This document shows positions 1 through 15,319 of a DNA stretch of 64,000 nt, one piece after another. Position 1 is the first letter of the stretch. Each line of letters begins with the position of its first letter. Origin of the DNA: Eledone cirrhosa (lineage: Eukaryota); assembly GCA_964016885.1 (NCBI GenBank), contig OZ024759.1, positions 620,001 to 684,000 on the forward strand. Direction: 5' to 3'. The notes beneath the pieces are model-generated. The model was not told where the DNA came from and made no database searches. It worked only from the letters and a program-made list of their open reading frames with translations. The translations under genes and the position numbers were made by a program.

Positions 1-285
1 TTAGTAACATGACAGTCTATATTAGTAACATGACACAGTCTATATTAGTAACATTACGAAGTCTATATTAGTAGCATGACAAAGTCTATATTAGTAACAT
101 GACAAAGTCTATATTAGTAACATGACACTGTCTATATTAGTAACATGACAGTCTATATTAGTAACATGACACAGTCTATATTAGTAACATGACGAAGTCT
201 ATATTAGTAGCATGACAAAGTCTATATTAGTAACATGACAAAGTCTATATTAGTAACATGACACTGTCTATATTAGTAACATGAC
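1..285. repeat. Local 136-bp (six-monomer) tandem duplication
   Basis: The rare 'cgaag' variant occurs at 57 and 193 (offset 136 = 5x23+21). Both are followed by gtagc, gacaaag, gacaaag and gacactg monomers in the same order. Confidence 0.75.
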
Positions 286-519
286 AAAGTCTATATTAGT
301 AGCATTTACAAAGTCTATATTAGTAGCATGACACAGTCTATATTAGTAACATGACACAGTCTATATTAGTAACATGACACAGTCTATATTAGTAACATGA
401 CAAAGTCTATATTAGTAGCATGACAAAGTCTATATTAGTAACATGACAAAGTCTATATTAGTAACATGACACAGTCTATATTAGTAACATGACAAAGTCT
501 ATATTAGTAACATGACAAA

Positions 520-2130
520 GTCTATATTAGTAACATGAAACAGTCTATATTAGTAACATGACAAAGTCTATATTAGTAACATGACACTGTCTATATTAGT
601 AACTTGACAAAGTCTATATTAGTAACATGACACAGTCTATATTAGTAACATGACACAGTCTATATTAGTAACATGACAAAGTCTATATTAGTAGCATGGC
701 AAAGTCTATATTAGTAACATGACAAAGTCTATATTAGTAACATGACACAGTCTATATTAGTCACATGACAAAGACTATATTCGTAACATGACACAGTCTA
801 TATTAGTAACATGACAAAATCTATATTAGTAACATGACAGTCTATATTAGTAACATGACAGTCTATATTAGTAGCATGACAAAGTCTATATTAGTAACAT
901 GACAAAGTCATATTAGTAACATGACACAGTCTATATTAGTAACATGACACAGTCTATATTAGTAACATGACACAGTCTATATTAGTAACATGACACATTC
1001 TATATTAGTAACATGACAAAGTCTATATTAGTAACATGACAAAGTCTATATTAGTAACATGACAGTTTATATTAGTAACATGACACAGTCTATATTAGTA
1101 ACATGACATAGTCTATATTAGTAACATGACAAAGTCTATATTAGTAACATGACAGTCTATATTGTAACATGACACAGTCTATATTAGTAACATGACACAG
1201 TCTATATTAGTAACATGACAGTCTATATTAGTAACATGACAAAGTCTATATTAGTAACATGACAAAGTCTATATTAGTAGCATGACAAAGTCCATATTAG
1301 TAACATGACAAAGTCTATATTAGTAACATGACACAGTCTATATTAGTAACATGAAACAGTCTATATTAGTAACATGACAAAGTCTATATTAGTAACATGA
1401 CACTGTCTATATTAGTAACTTGACAAAGTCTATATTAGTAACATGACACAGTCTATATTAGTAACATGACACAGTCTATATTAGTAACATGACAAAGTCT
1501 ATATTAGTAGCATGACAAAGTCTATATTAGTAACATGACAAAGTCTATATTAGTAACATGACACAGTCTATATTAGTAACATGACAAAGACTATATTAGT
1601 AACATGACACAGTCTATATTAGTAACATGACAAAGTCTATATTAGTAACATGACAGTCTATATTAGTAACATGACAGTCTATATTAGTAGCATGACAAAG
1701 TCTATATTAGTAACATGACAAAGTCATATTAGTAACATGACACAGTCTATATTAGTAACATGACAAAGTCTATATTAGTAACATGACACAGTCTATATTA
1801 GTAACATGACACAGTCTATATTAGTAACATGACAAAGTCTATATTAGTAACATGACAAAGTCTATATTAGTAACATGACACAGTTTATATTAGTAACATG
1901 ACACAGTCTATATTAGTAACATGACATAGTCTATATTAGTAACATGACAAAGTCTATATTAGTAACATGACAGTCTATATTGTAACATGACACAGTCTAT
2001 ATTAGTAACATGACACAGTCTATATTAGTAACATGACAGTCTATATTAGTAACATGGCAAAGTCTATATTAGTAACATGACAAAGTCTATATTAGTAACA
2101 TGACAAAGTCTATATTAGTAACATGACAAA
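520..2130. repeat. ~816-bp tandem duplication (two copies, first more diverged)
   Basis: 'gaaacag' at 537 and 1353 and the 'gtcatatt' deletion at 907 and 1723 are both offset by 816. The gacactg/acttg/aagac/gtttat markers keep the same order. Confidence 0.8.
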
Positions 2131-2169
2131 GTCTATATTAGTAACTTGACACAGTCTATATTAGTAACA

Positions 2170-3035
2170 TGACATAGTCTATATTAGTAGCATGACACAG
2201 TCTATATTAGTAACATGACAGAGTCTATATTAGTAACATGACAGTCTATATTAGTAACATGACAAAGTCTATATTAGTAGCATGACAAAGTCTATATTAG
2301 TAACATGACACAGTCTATATTAGTAACATGACAATCTATATTAGTAACATGACACAGTCTATATTAGTAACATGACAAAGTCTATATTAGTAACATGACA
2401 AAGTCTATATTAGTAACATGACACAGTCTATATTAGTAACATGACACAGTCTATATTAATAACATGACAAAGTCTATATTAGTAACATGACACAGTCTAT
2501 ATTAGTAACATGACATAGTCTATATTAGTAACGTGACACAGTCTATATTAGTAACATGACAAAGTCTATATTAGTAGCATGACAAAGTCTATATTAGTAA
2601 CATGACAAAGTCTATATTAGTAGCATGACACAGTCTATATTAGTAACATGACAGAGTCTATATTAGTAACATGACAGTCTATATTAGTAACATGACAAAG
2701 TCTATATTAGTAGCATGACAAAGTCTATATTAGTAACATGACACAGTCTATATTAGTAACATGACAATCTATATTAGTAACATGACACAGTCTATATTAG
2801 TAACATGACAAAGTCTATATTAGTAACATGACAAAGTCTATATTAGTAACATGACACAGTCTATATTAGTAACATGACACAGTCTATATTAATAACATGA
2901 CAAAGTCTATATTAGTAACATGACACAGTCTATATTAGTAACATGACATAGTCTGTATTAGTAACGTGACACAGTCTATATTAGTAACATGACAAAGTCT
3001 ATATTAGTAGCATGACAAAGTCTATATTAGTAACA
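2170..3035. repeat. 433-bp tandem duplication
   Basis: 'gacaatct' at 2330 and 2763. The gacagag, taataac and aacgtg markers repeat at the same offset. Confidence 0.8.
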
Positions 3036-5759
3036 TGACAAAGTCTATATTAGTAACATGACACAGTCTATATTAGTAACATGACAAAGTCTATATTAGT
3101 AACATGACAAAGTCTATATTAGTAACATGACAGTCTATAATAGTAACATGACAAAGTCTCTATTAGTAACATGACAAAGTCTATATTAGTAACATGACAG
3201 TCTATATTAGTAACATAACAAAGTCTATATTAGTAACATGACAGTCTATATTGTAACATGACACAGTCTATATTAGTAACATGACACAGTCTATATTAGT
3301 AACATGACATAGTCTATATTAGTAACATGACAAAGTCTATATTAGTAACAAGACAGTCTATATTGTAACACGACACAGTCTATATTAGTAATATGACACA
3401 GTCTATATTAGAAACATGACAGTCTATATTAGTAACATGACAAAGTCTATATTAGTAACATGACAAAGTCTATATTAGTAACATGACAAAGTCTATATTA
3501 GTAGCATGACACAGTCTATATTAGTAACATGACACAGTCTATATTAGTAACATGACAGTCTATATTAGTAACAGGACAAAGTCTATATTAGTAGCATGAC
3601 AAAGTCTATATTAGTAACATGACACAGTCTATATTAGTAACATGACAGTCTATATTAGTAACATGACACAGTCTATATTAGTAACATGACAAAGTCTATA
3701 TTAGTAGCATGACAAAGTCTATATTAGTAACATGACAGTCTATATTAGTAACATGACAAAGTCTATATTAGTAGCATGACAAAGTCTATATTAGTAGCAT
3801 GACACAGTCTATATTAGTAACATGACAAAGTCTATATTAGTAGCATGACAAAGTCTATATTAGTAACATGACAAAGTCAATATTAGTAACATGACACAGT
3901 CTATATTAGTAACATGACAATGTCTATATTAGTAACATGACAAAGTCTATATTAGTAACATGAAACAGTCTATATTAGTAACATGACAAAGTCTATATTA
4001 GTAACATGACACTGTCTATATTAGTAACTTGACAAAGTCTATATTAGTAACATGACACAGTCTATATTAGTAACATGACATAGTCTATATTAGTAACATG
4101 ACAAAGTCTATATTAGTAGCATGACAAAGTCTATATTAGTAACATGACACAGTCTATATTAGTAACATGACAAAGACTATATTAGTAACATGACAGTCTA
4201 TATTAGTAACATGTCAAAGTCTATATTAGTAACATGACAGTCTATATTAGTAACATGACAGTCTATATTAGTAGCATGACAAAGTCTATATTAGTAACAT
4301 GACAAAGTCTATATTAGTAACATGACACAGTCTATATTAGTAACATGACACAGTCTATATTAGTAACATGACAGTCTATATTAGTAGCATGACAAAGTCT
4401 ATATTAATAACATGACACAGTCTATATTAGTAACATGACATAGTCTATATTAGTAACATGACATGGTCTATATTAGTAGCATGACAAAGTCTATATTAGT
4501 AACATGACAAAGTCTATATTAGTAACATGACACAGTCTATATTAGTAACATGACAAAGTCTATATTAGTAACATGACACAGTCTATATTAGTAGCATGAC
4601 AAAGTCTATATTAGTAACATGACACAGTCTATATTAGTAACATGACACAGTCTATATTAGTAACATGACAAAGTCTATATTAGTAACATGACACAGTCTA
4701 TATTACTAACATGACAAAGTCTATATTAGTAACATGACACAGTCTATATTAGTAACATGACAAAGTCTATATTAGTAACATGACACAGTCTATATTAGTA
4801 ACATGACACAGTCTATATTAGTAACATGACGCAGTCTATATTAGTAACATGACAAAGTCTATATTAGTAACATGACAAAGTCTATATTAGTAACAGGACA
4901 GTCTATATTAGTAACATGACAAAGTCTATATTAGTAACATGACACAGTCTATATTAGTAACATGACAAAGTCTCTATTAGTAACATGACAAAGTCTATAT
5001 TAGTAACATGACAGTCTATATTAGTAACATGACAAAGTCTCTATTAGTAACATGACAAAGTCTATATTAGTAACATGACAGTCTATATTAGTAACATGAC
5101 ACAGTCTATATTAGTAACATGACATAGTCTATATTAGTAACATGACAAAGTCTATATTAGTAACATGACAGTCTATATTGTAACATGACACAGTCTATAT
5201 TAGTAACATGACACAGTCTATATTAGTAAAATGACATAGTCTATATTAGTAACATGACAAAGTCTATATTAGTAACAAGACAGTCTATATTGTAACACGA
5301 CACAGTCTATATTAGTAATATGACACAGTCTATATTAGAAACATGACAGTCTATATTAGTAACATGACAAAGTCTATATTAGTAACATGACAAAGTCTAT
5401 ATTAGTAACATGACAAAGTCTATATTAGTAGCATGACACAGTCTATATTAGTAACATGACACAGTCTATATTAGTAACATGACAGTCTATATTAGTAACA
5501 TGACAAAGTCTATATTAGTAGCATGACAAAGTCTATATTAGTAACATGACACAGTCTATATTAGTAACATGACAGTCTATATTAGTAACATGACACAGTC
5601 TATATTAGTAACATGACAAAGTCTATATTAGTAGCATGACAAAGTCTATATTAGTAACATGACAGTCTATATTAGTAACATGACAAAGTCTATATTAGTA
5701 GCATGACAAAGTCTATATTAGTAGCATGACACAGTCTAAATTAGTAACATGACACAGTC

Positions 5760-8700
5760 TATATTAGTAACATGACACAGTCTATATTAGTAACATGACA
5801 AAGTCTATATTAGTAGCATGACAAAGTCTATATTAGTAACATGACAAAGTCAATATTAGTAACATGACACAGTCTATATTAGTAACATGACAATGTCTAT
5901 ATTAGTAACATGACAAAGTCTATATTAGTAACATGAAACAGTCTATATTAGTAACATGACAAAGTCTATATTAGTAACATGACACTGTCTATATTAGTAA
6001 CTTGACAAAGTCTATATTAGTAACATGACACAGTCTATATTAGTAACATGACACAGTCTATATTAGTAACATGACAAAGTCTATATTAGTAGCATGACAA
6101 AGTCTATATTAGTAACATGACACAGTCTATATTAGTAACATGACAAAGACTATATTAGTAACATGACAGTCTATATTAGTAACATGTCAAAGTCTATATT
6201 AGTAACATGACAGTCTATATTAGTAACATGACAGTCTATATTAGTAGCATGACAAAGTCTATATTAGTAACATGACAAAGTCTATATTAGTAACATGACA
6301 CAGTCTATATTAGTAACATGACACAGTCTATATTAGTAACATGACAGTCTATATTAGTAGCATGACAAAGTCTATATTAATAACATGACACAGTCTATAT
6401 TAGTAACATGACATAGTCTATATTAGTAACATGACATGGTCTATATTAGTAGCATGACAAAGTCTATATTAGTAACATGACAAAGTCTATATTAGTAACA
6501 TGACACAGTCTATATTAGTAACATGACAAAGTCTATATTAGTAACATGACACAGTCTATATTAGTAGCATGACAAAGTCTATATTAGTAACATGACACAG
6601 TCTATATTAGTAACATGACACAGTCTATATTAGTAGCATGACAAAGTCTATATTAGTAACATGACACAGTCTATATTAGTAACATGACAATCTATATTAG
6701 TAACATGACACAGTCTATATTAGTAACATGACAAAGTCTATATTAGTAACATGACAAAGTCTATATTAGTAACATGACACAGTCTATATTAGTAACATGA
6801 CACAGTCTATATTAATAACATGACAAAGTCTATATTAGTAACATGACACAGTCTATATTAGTAACATGACATAGTCTATATTAGTAACGTGACACAGTCT
6901 ATATTAGTAACATGACAAAGTCTATATTAGTAGCATGACAAAGTCTATATTAGTAACATGACAAAGTCTATATTAGTAACATGACACAGTCTATATTAGT
7001 AACATGACAAAGTCTATATTAGTAACATGACAAAGTCTATATTAGTAACATGACAGTCTATATTAGTAACATGACAAAGTCTCTATTAGTAACATGACAA
7101 AGTCTATATTAGTAACATGACAGTCTATATTAGTAACATAACAAAGTCTATATTAGTAACATGACAGTCTATATTGTAACATGACACAGTCTATATTAGT
7201 AACATGACACAGTCTATATTAGTAACATGACATAGTCTATATTAGTAACATGACAAAGTCTATATTAGTAACAAGACAGTCTATATTGTAACACGACACA
7301 GTCTATATTAGTAATATGACACAGTCTATATTAGAAACATGACAGTCTATATTAGTAACATGACAAAGTCTATATTAGTAACATGACAAAGTCTATATTA
7401 GTAACATGACAAAGTCTATATTAGTAGCATGACACAGTCTATATTAGTAACATGACACAGTCTATATTAGTAACATGACAGTCTATATTAGTAACATGAC
7501 AAAGTCTATATTAGTAGCATGACAAAGTCTATATTAGTAACATGACACAGTCTATATTAGTAACATGACAGTCTATATTAGTAACATGACACAGTCTATA
7601 TTAGTAACATGACAAAGTCTATATTAGTAGCATGACAAAGTCTATATTAGTAACATGACAGTCTATATTAGTAACATGACAAAGTCTATATTAGTAGCAT
7701 GACAAAGTCTATATTAGTAGCATGACACAGTCTAAATTAGTAACATGACACAGTCTATATTAGTAACATGACACAGTCTATATTAGTAACATGACAAAGT
7801 CTATATTAGTGGCATGACAAAGTCTATATTAGTAACATGACAAAGTCAATATTAGTAACATGACACAGTCTATATTAGTAACATGACAATGTCTATATTA
7901 GTAACATGACAAAGTCTATATTAGTAACATGAAACAGTCTATATTTGTAACATGACAAAGTCTATATTAGTAACATGACACTGTCTATATTAGTAACTTG
8001 ACAAAGTCTATATTAGTAACATGACACAGTCTATATTAGTAACATGACACAGTCTATATTAGTAACATGACAAAGTCTATATTAGTAGCATGACAAAGTC
8101 TATATTAGTAACATGACACAGTCTATATTAGTAACATGACAAAGACTATATTAGTAACATGACAGTCTATATTAGTAACATGTCAAAGTCTATATTAGTA
8201 ACATGACAGTCTATATTAGTAACATGACAGTCTATATTAGTAGCATGACAAAGTCTATATTAGTAACATGACAAAGTCTATATTAGTAACATGACACAGT
8301 CTATATTAGTAACATGACACAGTCTATATTAGTAACATGACAGTCTATATTAGTAGCATGACAAAGTCTATATTAATAACATGACACAGTCTATATTAGT
8401 AACATGACATAGTCTATATTAGTAACATGACATGGTCTATATTAGTAGCATGACAAAGTCTATATTAGTAACATGACAAAGTCTATATTAGTAACATGAC
8501 ACAGTCTATATTAGTAACATGACAAAGTCTATATTAGTAACATGACACAGTCTATATTAGTAGCATGACAAAGTCTATATTAGTAACATGACACAGTCTA
8601 TATTAGTAACATGACACAGTCTATATTAGTAACATGACAAAGTCTATATTAGTAACATGACACAGTCTATATTACTAACATGACAAAGTCTATATTAGTA

Positions 8701-11700
8701 ACATGACACAGTCTATATTAGTAACATGACAAAGTCTATATTAGTAACATGACACAGTCTATATTAGTAACATGACACAGTCTATATTAGTAACATGACG
8801 CAGTCTATATTAGTAACATGACAAAGTCTATATTAGTAACATGACAAAGTCTATATTAGTAACAGGACAGTCTATATTAGTAACATGACAAAGTCTATAT
8901 TAGTAACATGACACAGTCTATATTAGTAACATGACAAAGTCTCTATTAGTAACATGACAAAGTCTATATTAGTAACATGACAGTCTATATTAGTAACATG
9001 ACAAAGTCTCTATTAGTAACATGACAAAGTCTATATTAGTAACATGACAGTCTATATTAGTAACATGACAAAGTCTATATTAGTAACATGACAGTCTATA
9101 TTGTAACATGACACAGTCTATATTAGTAACATGACACAGTCTATATTAGTAACATGACATAGTCTATATTAGTAACATGACAAAGTCTATATTAGTAACA
9201 TGACAGTCTATATTGTAACATGACACAGTCTATATTAGTAACATGACACAGTCTATATTAGTAAAATGACATAGTCTATATTAGTAACATGACAAAGTCT
9301 ATATTAGTAACATGACACAGTCTATATTAGTAACATGACACAGTCTATATTAGTAACATGACGCAGTCTATATTAGTAACATGAGAAAGTCTATATTAGT
9401 AACATGACAAAGTCTATATTAGTAACAGGACAGTCTATATTAGTAACATGACAAAGTCTATATTAGTAACATGACACAGTCTATATTAGTAACATGACAA
9501 AGTCTCTATTAGTAACATGACAAAGTCTATATTAGTAACATGACAGTCTATATTAGTAACATGACAAAGTCTCTATTAGTAACATGACAAAGTCTATATT
9601 AGTAACATGACAGTCTATATTAGTAACATGACAAAGTCTATATTAGTAACATGACAGTCTATATTGTAACATGACACAGTCTATATTAGTAACATGACAC
9701 AGTCTATATTAGTAACATGACAAAGTCTATATTAGTAACATGACAGTCTATATTGTAACATGACACAGTCTATATTAGTAACATGACACAGTCTATATTA
9801 GTAAAATGACATAGTCTATATTAGTAACATGACAAAGTCTATATTAGTAACAATACAGTCTATATTGTAACACGACACAGTCTATATTAGTAATATGACA
9901 CAGTCTATATTAGAAACATGACAGTCTATATTAGTAACATGACACAGTCTATATTAGTAACATGACAGTCTATATTAGTAACATGACAAAGTCTATATTA
10001 GTAGCATGACAAAGTCTATATTAGTAACATGACACAGTCTATATTAGTAACATGACAGTCTATATTAGTAACATGACACAGTCTATAATAGTAGCATGAC
10101 AAAGTCTATATTAGTAACATGACACAGTCTATATTAGTAACATGACAATCTATATTAGTAACATGACACAGTCTATATTAGTAACATGACAAAGTCTATA
10201 TTAGTAACATGACAAAGTCTATATTAGTAACATGACACAGTCTATATTAGTAACATGACACAGTCTATATTAATAACATGACAAAGTCTATATTAGTAAC
10301 ATGACACAGTCTATATTAGTAACATGACACAGTCTATATTAGTAACATGACAAAGTCTATATTAGTAGCATGACAAAGTCTATATTAGTAACATGACAAA
10401 GTCAATATTAGTAACATGACACAGTCTATATTAGTAACATGACAATGTCTATATTAGTAACATGACAAAGTCTATATTAGTAACATGAAACAGTCTATAT
10501 TAGTAACATGACAAAGTCTATATTAGTAACATGACACTGTCTATATTAGTAACTTGACAAAGTCTATATTAGTAACATGACACAGTCTATATTAGTAACA
10601 TGACACAGTCTATATTAGTAACATGACAAAGTCTATATTAGTAGCATGACAAAGTCTATATTAGTAACATGACACAGTCTATATTAGTAACATGACAAAG
10701 ACTATATTAGTAACATGACAGTCTATATTAGTAACATGTCAAAGTCTATATTAGTAACATGACAGTCTATATTAGTAACATGACAGTCTATATTAGTAGC
10801 ATGACAAAGTCTATATTAGTAACATGACAAAGTCTATATTAGTAACATGACACAGTCTATATTAGTAACATGACACAGTCTATATTAGTAACATGACAGT
10901 CTATATTAGTAGCATGACAAAGTCTATATTAATAACATGACACAGTCTATATTAGTAACATGACATAGTCTATATTAGTAACATGACATGGTCTATATTA
11001 GTAGCATGACAAAGTCTATATTAGTAACATGACAAAGTCTATATTAGTAACATGACACAGTCTATATTAGTAACATGACAAAGTCTATATTAGTAACATG
11101 ACACAGTCTATATTAGTAGCATGACAAAGTCTATATTAGTAACATGACACAGTCTATATTAGTAACATGACACAGTCTATATTAGTAGCATGACAAAGTC
11201 TATATTAGTAACATGACACAGTCTATATTAGTAACATGACAATCTATATTAGTAACATGACACAGTCTATATTAGTAACATGACAAAGTCTATATTAGTA
11301 ACATGACAAAGTCTATATTAGTAACATGACACAGTCTATATTAGTAACATGACACAGTCTATATTAATAACATGACAAAGTCTATATTAGTAACATGACA
11401 CAGTCTATATTAGTAACATGACATAGTCTATATTAGTAACGTGACACAGTCTATATTAGTAACATGACAAAGTCTATATTAGTAGCATGACAAAGTCTAT
11501 ATTAGTAACATGACAAAGTCTATATTAGTAACATGACACAGTCTATATTAGTAACATGACAAAGTCTATATTAGTAACATGACAAAGTCTATATTAGTAA
11601 CATGACAGTCTATATTAGTAACATGACAAAGTCTCTATTAGTAACATGACAAAGTCTATATTAGTAACATGACAGTCTATATTAGTAACATAACAAAGTC

Positions 11701-14700
11701 TATATTAGTAACATGACAGTCTATATTGTAACATGACACAGTCTATATTAGTAACATGACACAGTCTATATTAGTAACATGACATAGTCTATATTAGTAA
11801 CATGACAAAGTCTATATTAGTAACAAGACAGTCTATATTGTAACACGACACAGTCTATATTAGTAATATGACACAGTCTATATTAGAAACATGACAGTCT
11901 ATATTAGTAACATGACAAAGTCTATATTAGTAACATGACAAAGTCTATATTAGTAACATGACAAAGTCTATATTAGTAGCATGACACAGTCTATATTAGT
12001 AACATGACACAGTCTATATTAGTAACATGACAGTCTATATTAGTAACATGACAAAGTCTATATTAGTAGCATGACAAAGTCTATATTAGTAACATGACAC
12101 AGTCTATATTAGTAACATGACAGTCTATATTAGTAACATGACACAGTCTATATTAGTAACATGACAAAGTCTATATTAGTAGCATGACAAAGTCTATATT
12201 AGTAACATGACAGTCTATATTAGTAACATGACAAAGTCTATATTAGTAGCATGACAAAGTCTATATTAGTAGCATGACACAGTCTAAATTAGTAACATGA
12301 CACAGTCTATATTAGTAACATGACACAGTCTATATTAGTAACATGACAAAGTCTATATTAGTGGCATGACAAAGTCTATATTAGTAACATGACAAAGTCA
12401 ATATTAGTAACATGACACAGTCTATATTAGTAACATGACAATGTCTATATTAGTAACATGACAAAGTCTATATTAGTAACATGAAACAGTCTATATTTGT
12501 AACATGACAAAGTCTATATTAGTAACATGACACTGTCTATATTAGTAACTTGACAAAGTCTATATTAGTAACATGACACAGTCTATATTAGTAACATGAC
12601 ACAGTCTATATTAGTAACATGACAAAGTCTATATTAGTAGCATGACAAAGTCTATATTAGTAACATGACACAGTCTATATTAGTAACATGACAAAGACTA
12701 TATTAGTAACATGACAGTCTATATTAGTAACATGTCAAAGTCTATATTAGTAACATGACAGTCTATATTAGTAACATGACAGTCTATATTAGTAGCATGA
12801 CAAAGTCTATATTAGTAACATGACAAAGTCTATATTAGTAACATGACACAGTCTATATTAGTAACATGACACAGTCTATATTAGTAACATGACAGTCTAT
12901 ATTAGTAGCATGACAAAGTCTATATTAATAACATGACACAGTCTATATTAGTAACATGACATAGTCTATATTAGTAACATGACATGGTCTATATTAGTAG
13001 CATGACAAAGTCTATATTAGTAACATGACAAAGTCTATATTAGTAACATGACACAGTCTATATTAGTAACATGACAAAGTCTATATTAGTAACATGACAC
13101 AGTCTATATTAGTAGCATGACAAAGTCTATATTAGTAACATGACACAGTCTATATTAGTAACATGACACAGTCTATATTAGTAACATGACAAAGTCTATA
13201 TTAGTAACATGACACAGTCTATATTACTAACATGACAAAGTCTATATTAGTAACATGACACAGTCTATATTAGTAACATGACAAAGTCTATATTAGTAAC
13301 ATGACACAGTCTATATTAGTAACATGACACAGTCTATATTAGTAACATGACGCAGTCTATATTAGTAACATGACAAAGTCTATATTAGTAACATGACAAA
13401 GTCTATATTAGTAACAGGACAGTCTATATTAGTAACATGACAAAGTCTATATTAGTAACATGACACAGTCTATATTAGTAACATGACAAAGTCTCTATTA
13501 GTAACATGACAAAGTCTATATTAGTAACATGACAGTCTATATTAGTAACATGACAAAGTCTCTATTAGTAACATGACAAAGTCTATATTAGTAACATGAC
13601 AGTCTATATTAGTAACATGACAAAGTCTATATTAGTAACATGACAGTCTATATTGTAACATGACACAGTCTATATTAGTAACATGACACAGTCTATATTA
13701 GTAACATGACATAGTCTATATTAGTAACATGACAAAGTCTATATTAGTAACATGACAGTCTATATTGTAACATGACACAGTCTATATTAGTAACATGACA
13801 CAGTCTATATTAGTAAAATGACATAGTCTATATTAGTAACATGACAAAGTCTATATTAGTAACATGACACAGTCTATATTAGTAACATGACACAGTCTAT
13901 ATTAGTAACATGACGCAGTCTATATTAGTAACATGACAAAGTCTATATTAGTAACATGACAAAGTCTATATTAGTAACAGGACAGTCTATATTAGTAACA
14001 TGACAAAGTCTATATTAGTAACATGACACAGTCTATATTAGTAACATGACAAAGTCTCTATTAGTAACATGACAAAGTCTATATTAGTAACATGACAGTC
14101 TATATTAGTAACATGACAAAGTCTCTATTAGTAACATGACAAAGTCTATATTAGTAACATGACAGTCTATATTAGTAACATGACAAAGTCTATATTAGTA
14201 ACATGACAGTCTATATTGTAACATGACACAGTCTATATTAGTAACATGACACAGTCTATATTAGTAACATGACAAAGTCTATATTAGTAACATGACAGTC
14301 TATATTGTAACATGACACAGTCTATATTAGTAACATGACACAGTCTATATTAGTAAAATGACATAGTCTATATTAGTAACATGACAAAGTCTATATTAGT
14401 AACAAGACAGTCTATATTGTAACACGACACAGTCTATATTAGTAATATGACACAGTCTATATTAGAAACATGACAGTCTATATTAGTAACATGACACAGT
14501 CTATATTAGTAACATGACAGTCTATATTAGTAACATGACAAAGTCTATATTAGTAGCATGACAAAGTCTATATTAGTAACATGACACAGTCTATATTAGT
14601 AACATGACAGTCTATATTAGTAACATGACACAGTCTATAATAGTAGCATGACAAAGTCTATATTAGTAACATGACACAGTCTATATTAGTAACATGACAA

Positions 14701-14870
14701 TCTATATTAGTAACATGACACAGTCTATATTAGTAACATGACAAAGTCTATATTAGTAACATGACAAAGTCTATATTAGTAACATGACACAGTCTATATT
14801 AGTAACATGACACAGTCTATATTAATAACATGACAAAGTCTATATTAGTAACATGACACAGTCTATATTA
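5760..14870. repeat. 4552-bp near-identical tandem segmental duplication (two copies)
   Basis: 'gtcaat' 5849/10401 and 'gacaatct' 6686/11238 and 10144/14696 all have offset 4552. Confidence 0.85.
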
Positions 14871-15319
14871 GTAACATGACATAGTCTATATTAGTAACGT
14901 GACACAGTCTATATTAGTAACATGACAAAGTCTATATTAGTAGCATGACAAAGTCTATATTAGTAACATGACAAAGTCTATATTAGTAACATGACACAGT
15001 CTATATTAGTAACATGACAAAGTCTATATTAGTAACATGACAAAGTCTATATTAGTAACATGACAGTCTATATTAGTAACATGACAAAGTCTCTATTAGT
15101 AACATGACAAAGTCTATATAAGTAGCATGACAAAGTCTATATTAGTAACATGACAAAGTCAATATTAGTAACATGACACAGTCTATATTAGTAACATGAC
15201 AATGTCTATATTAGTAACATGACAAAGTCTATATTAGTAACATGAAACAGTCTATATTAGTAACATGACAAAGTCTATATTAGTAACATGACACTGTCTA
15301 TATTAGTAACTTGACAAAG

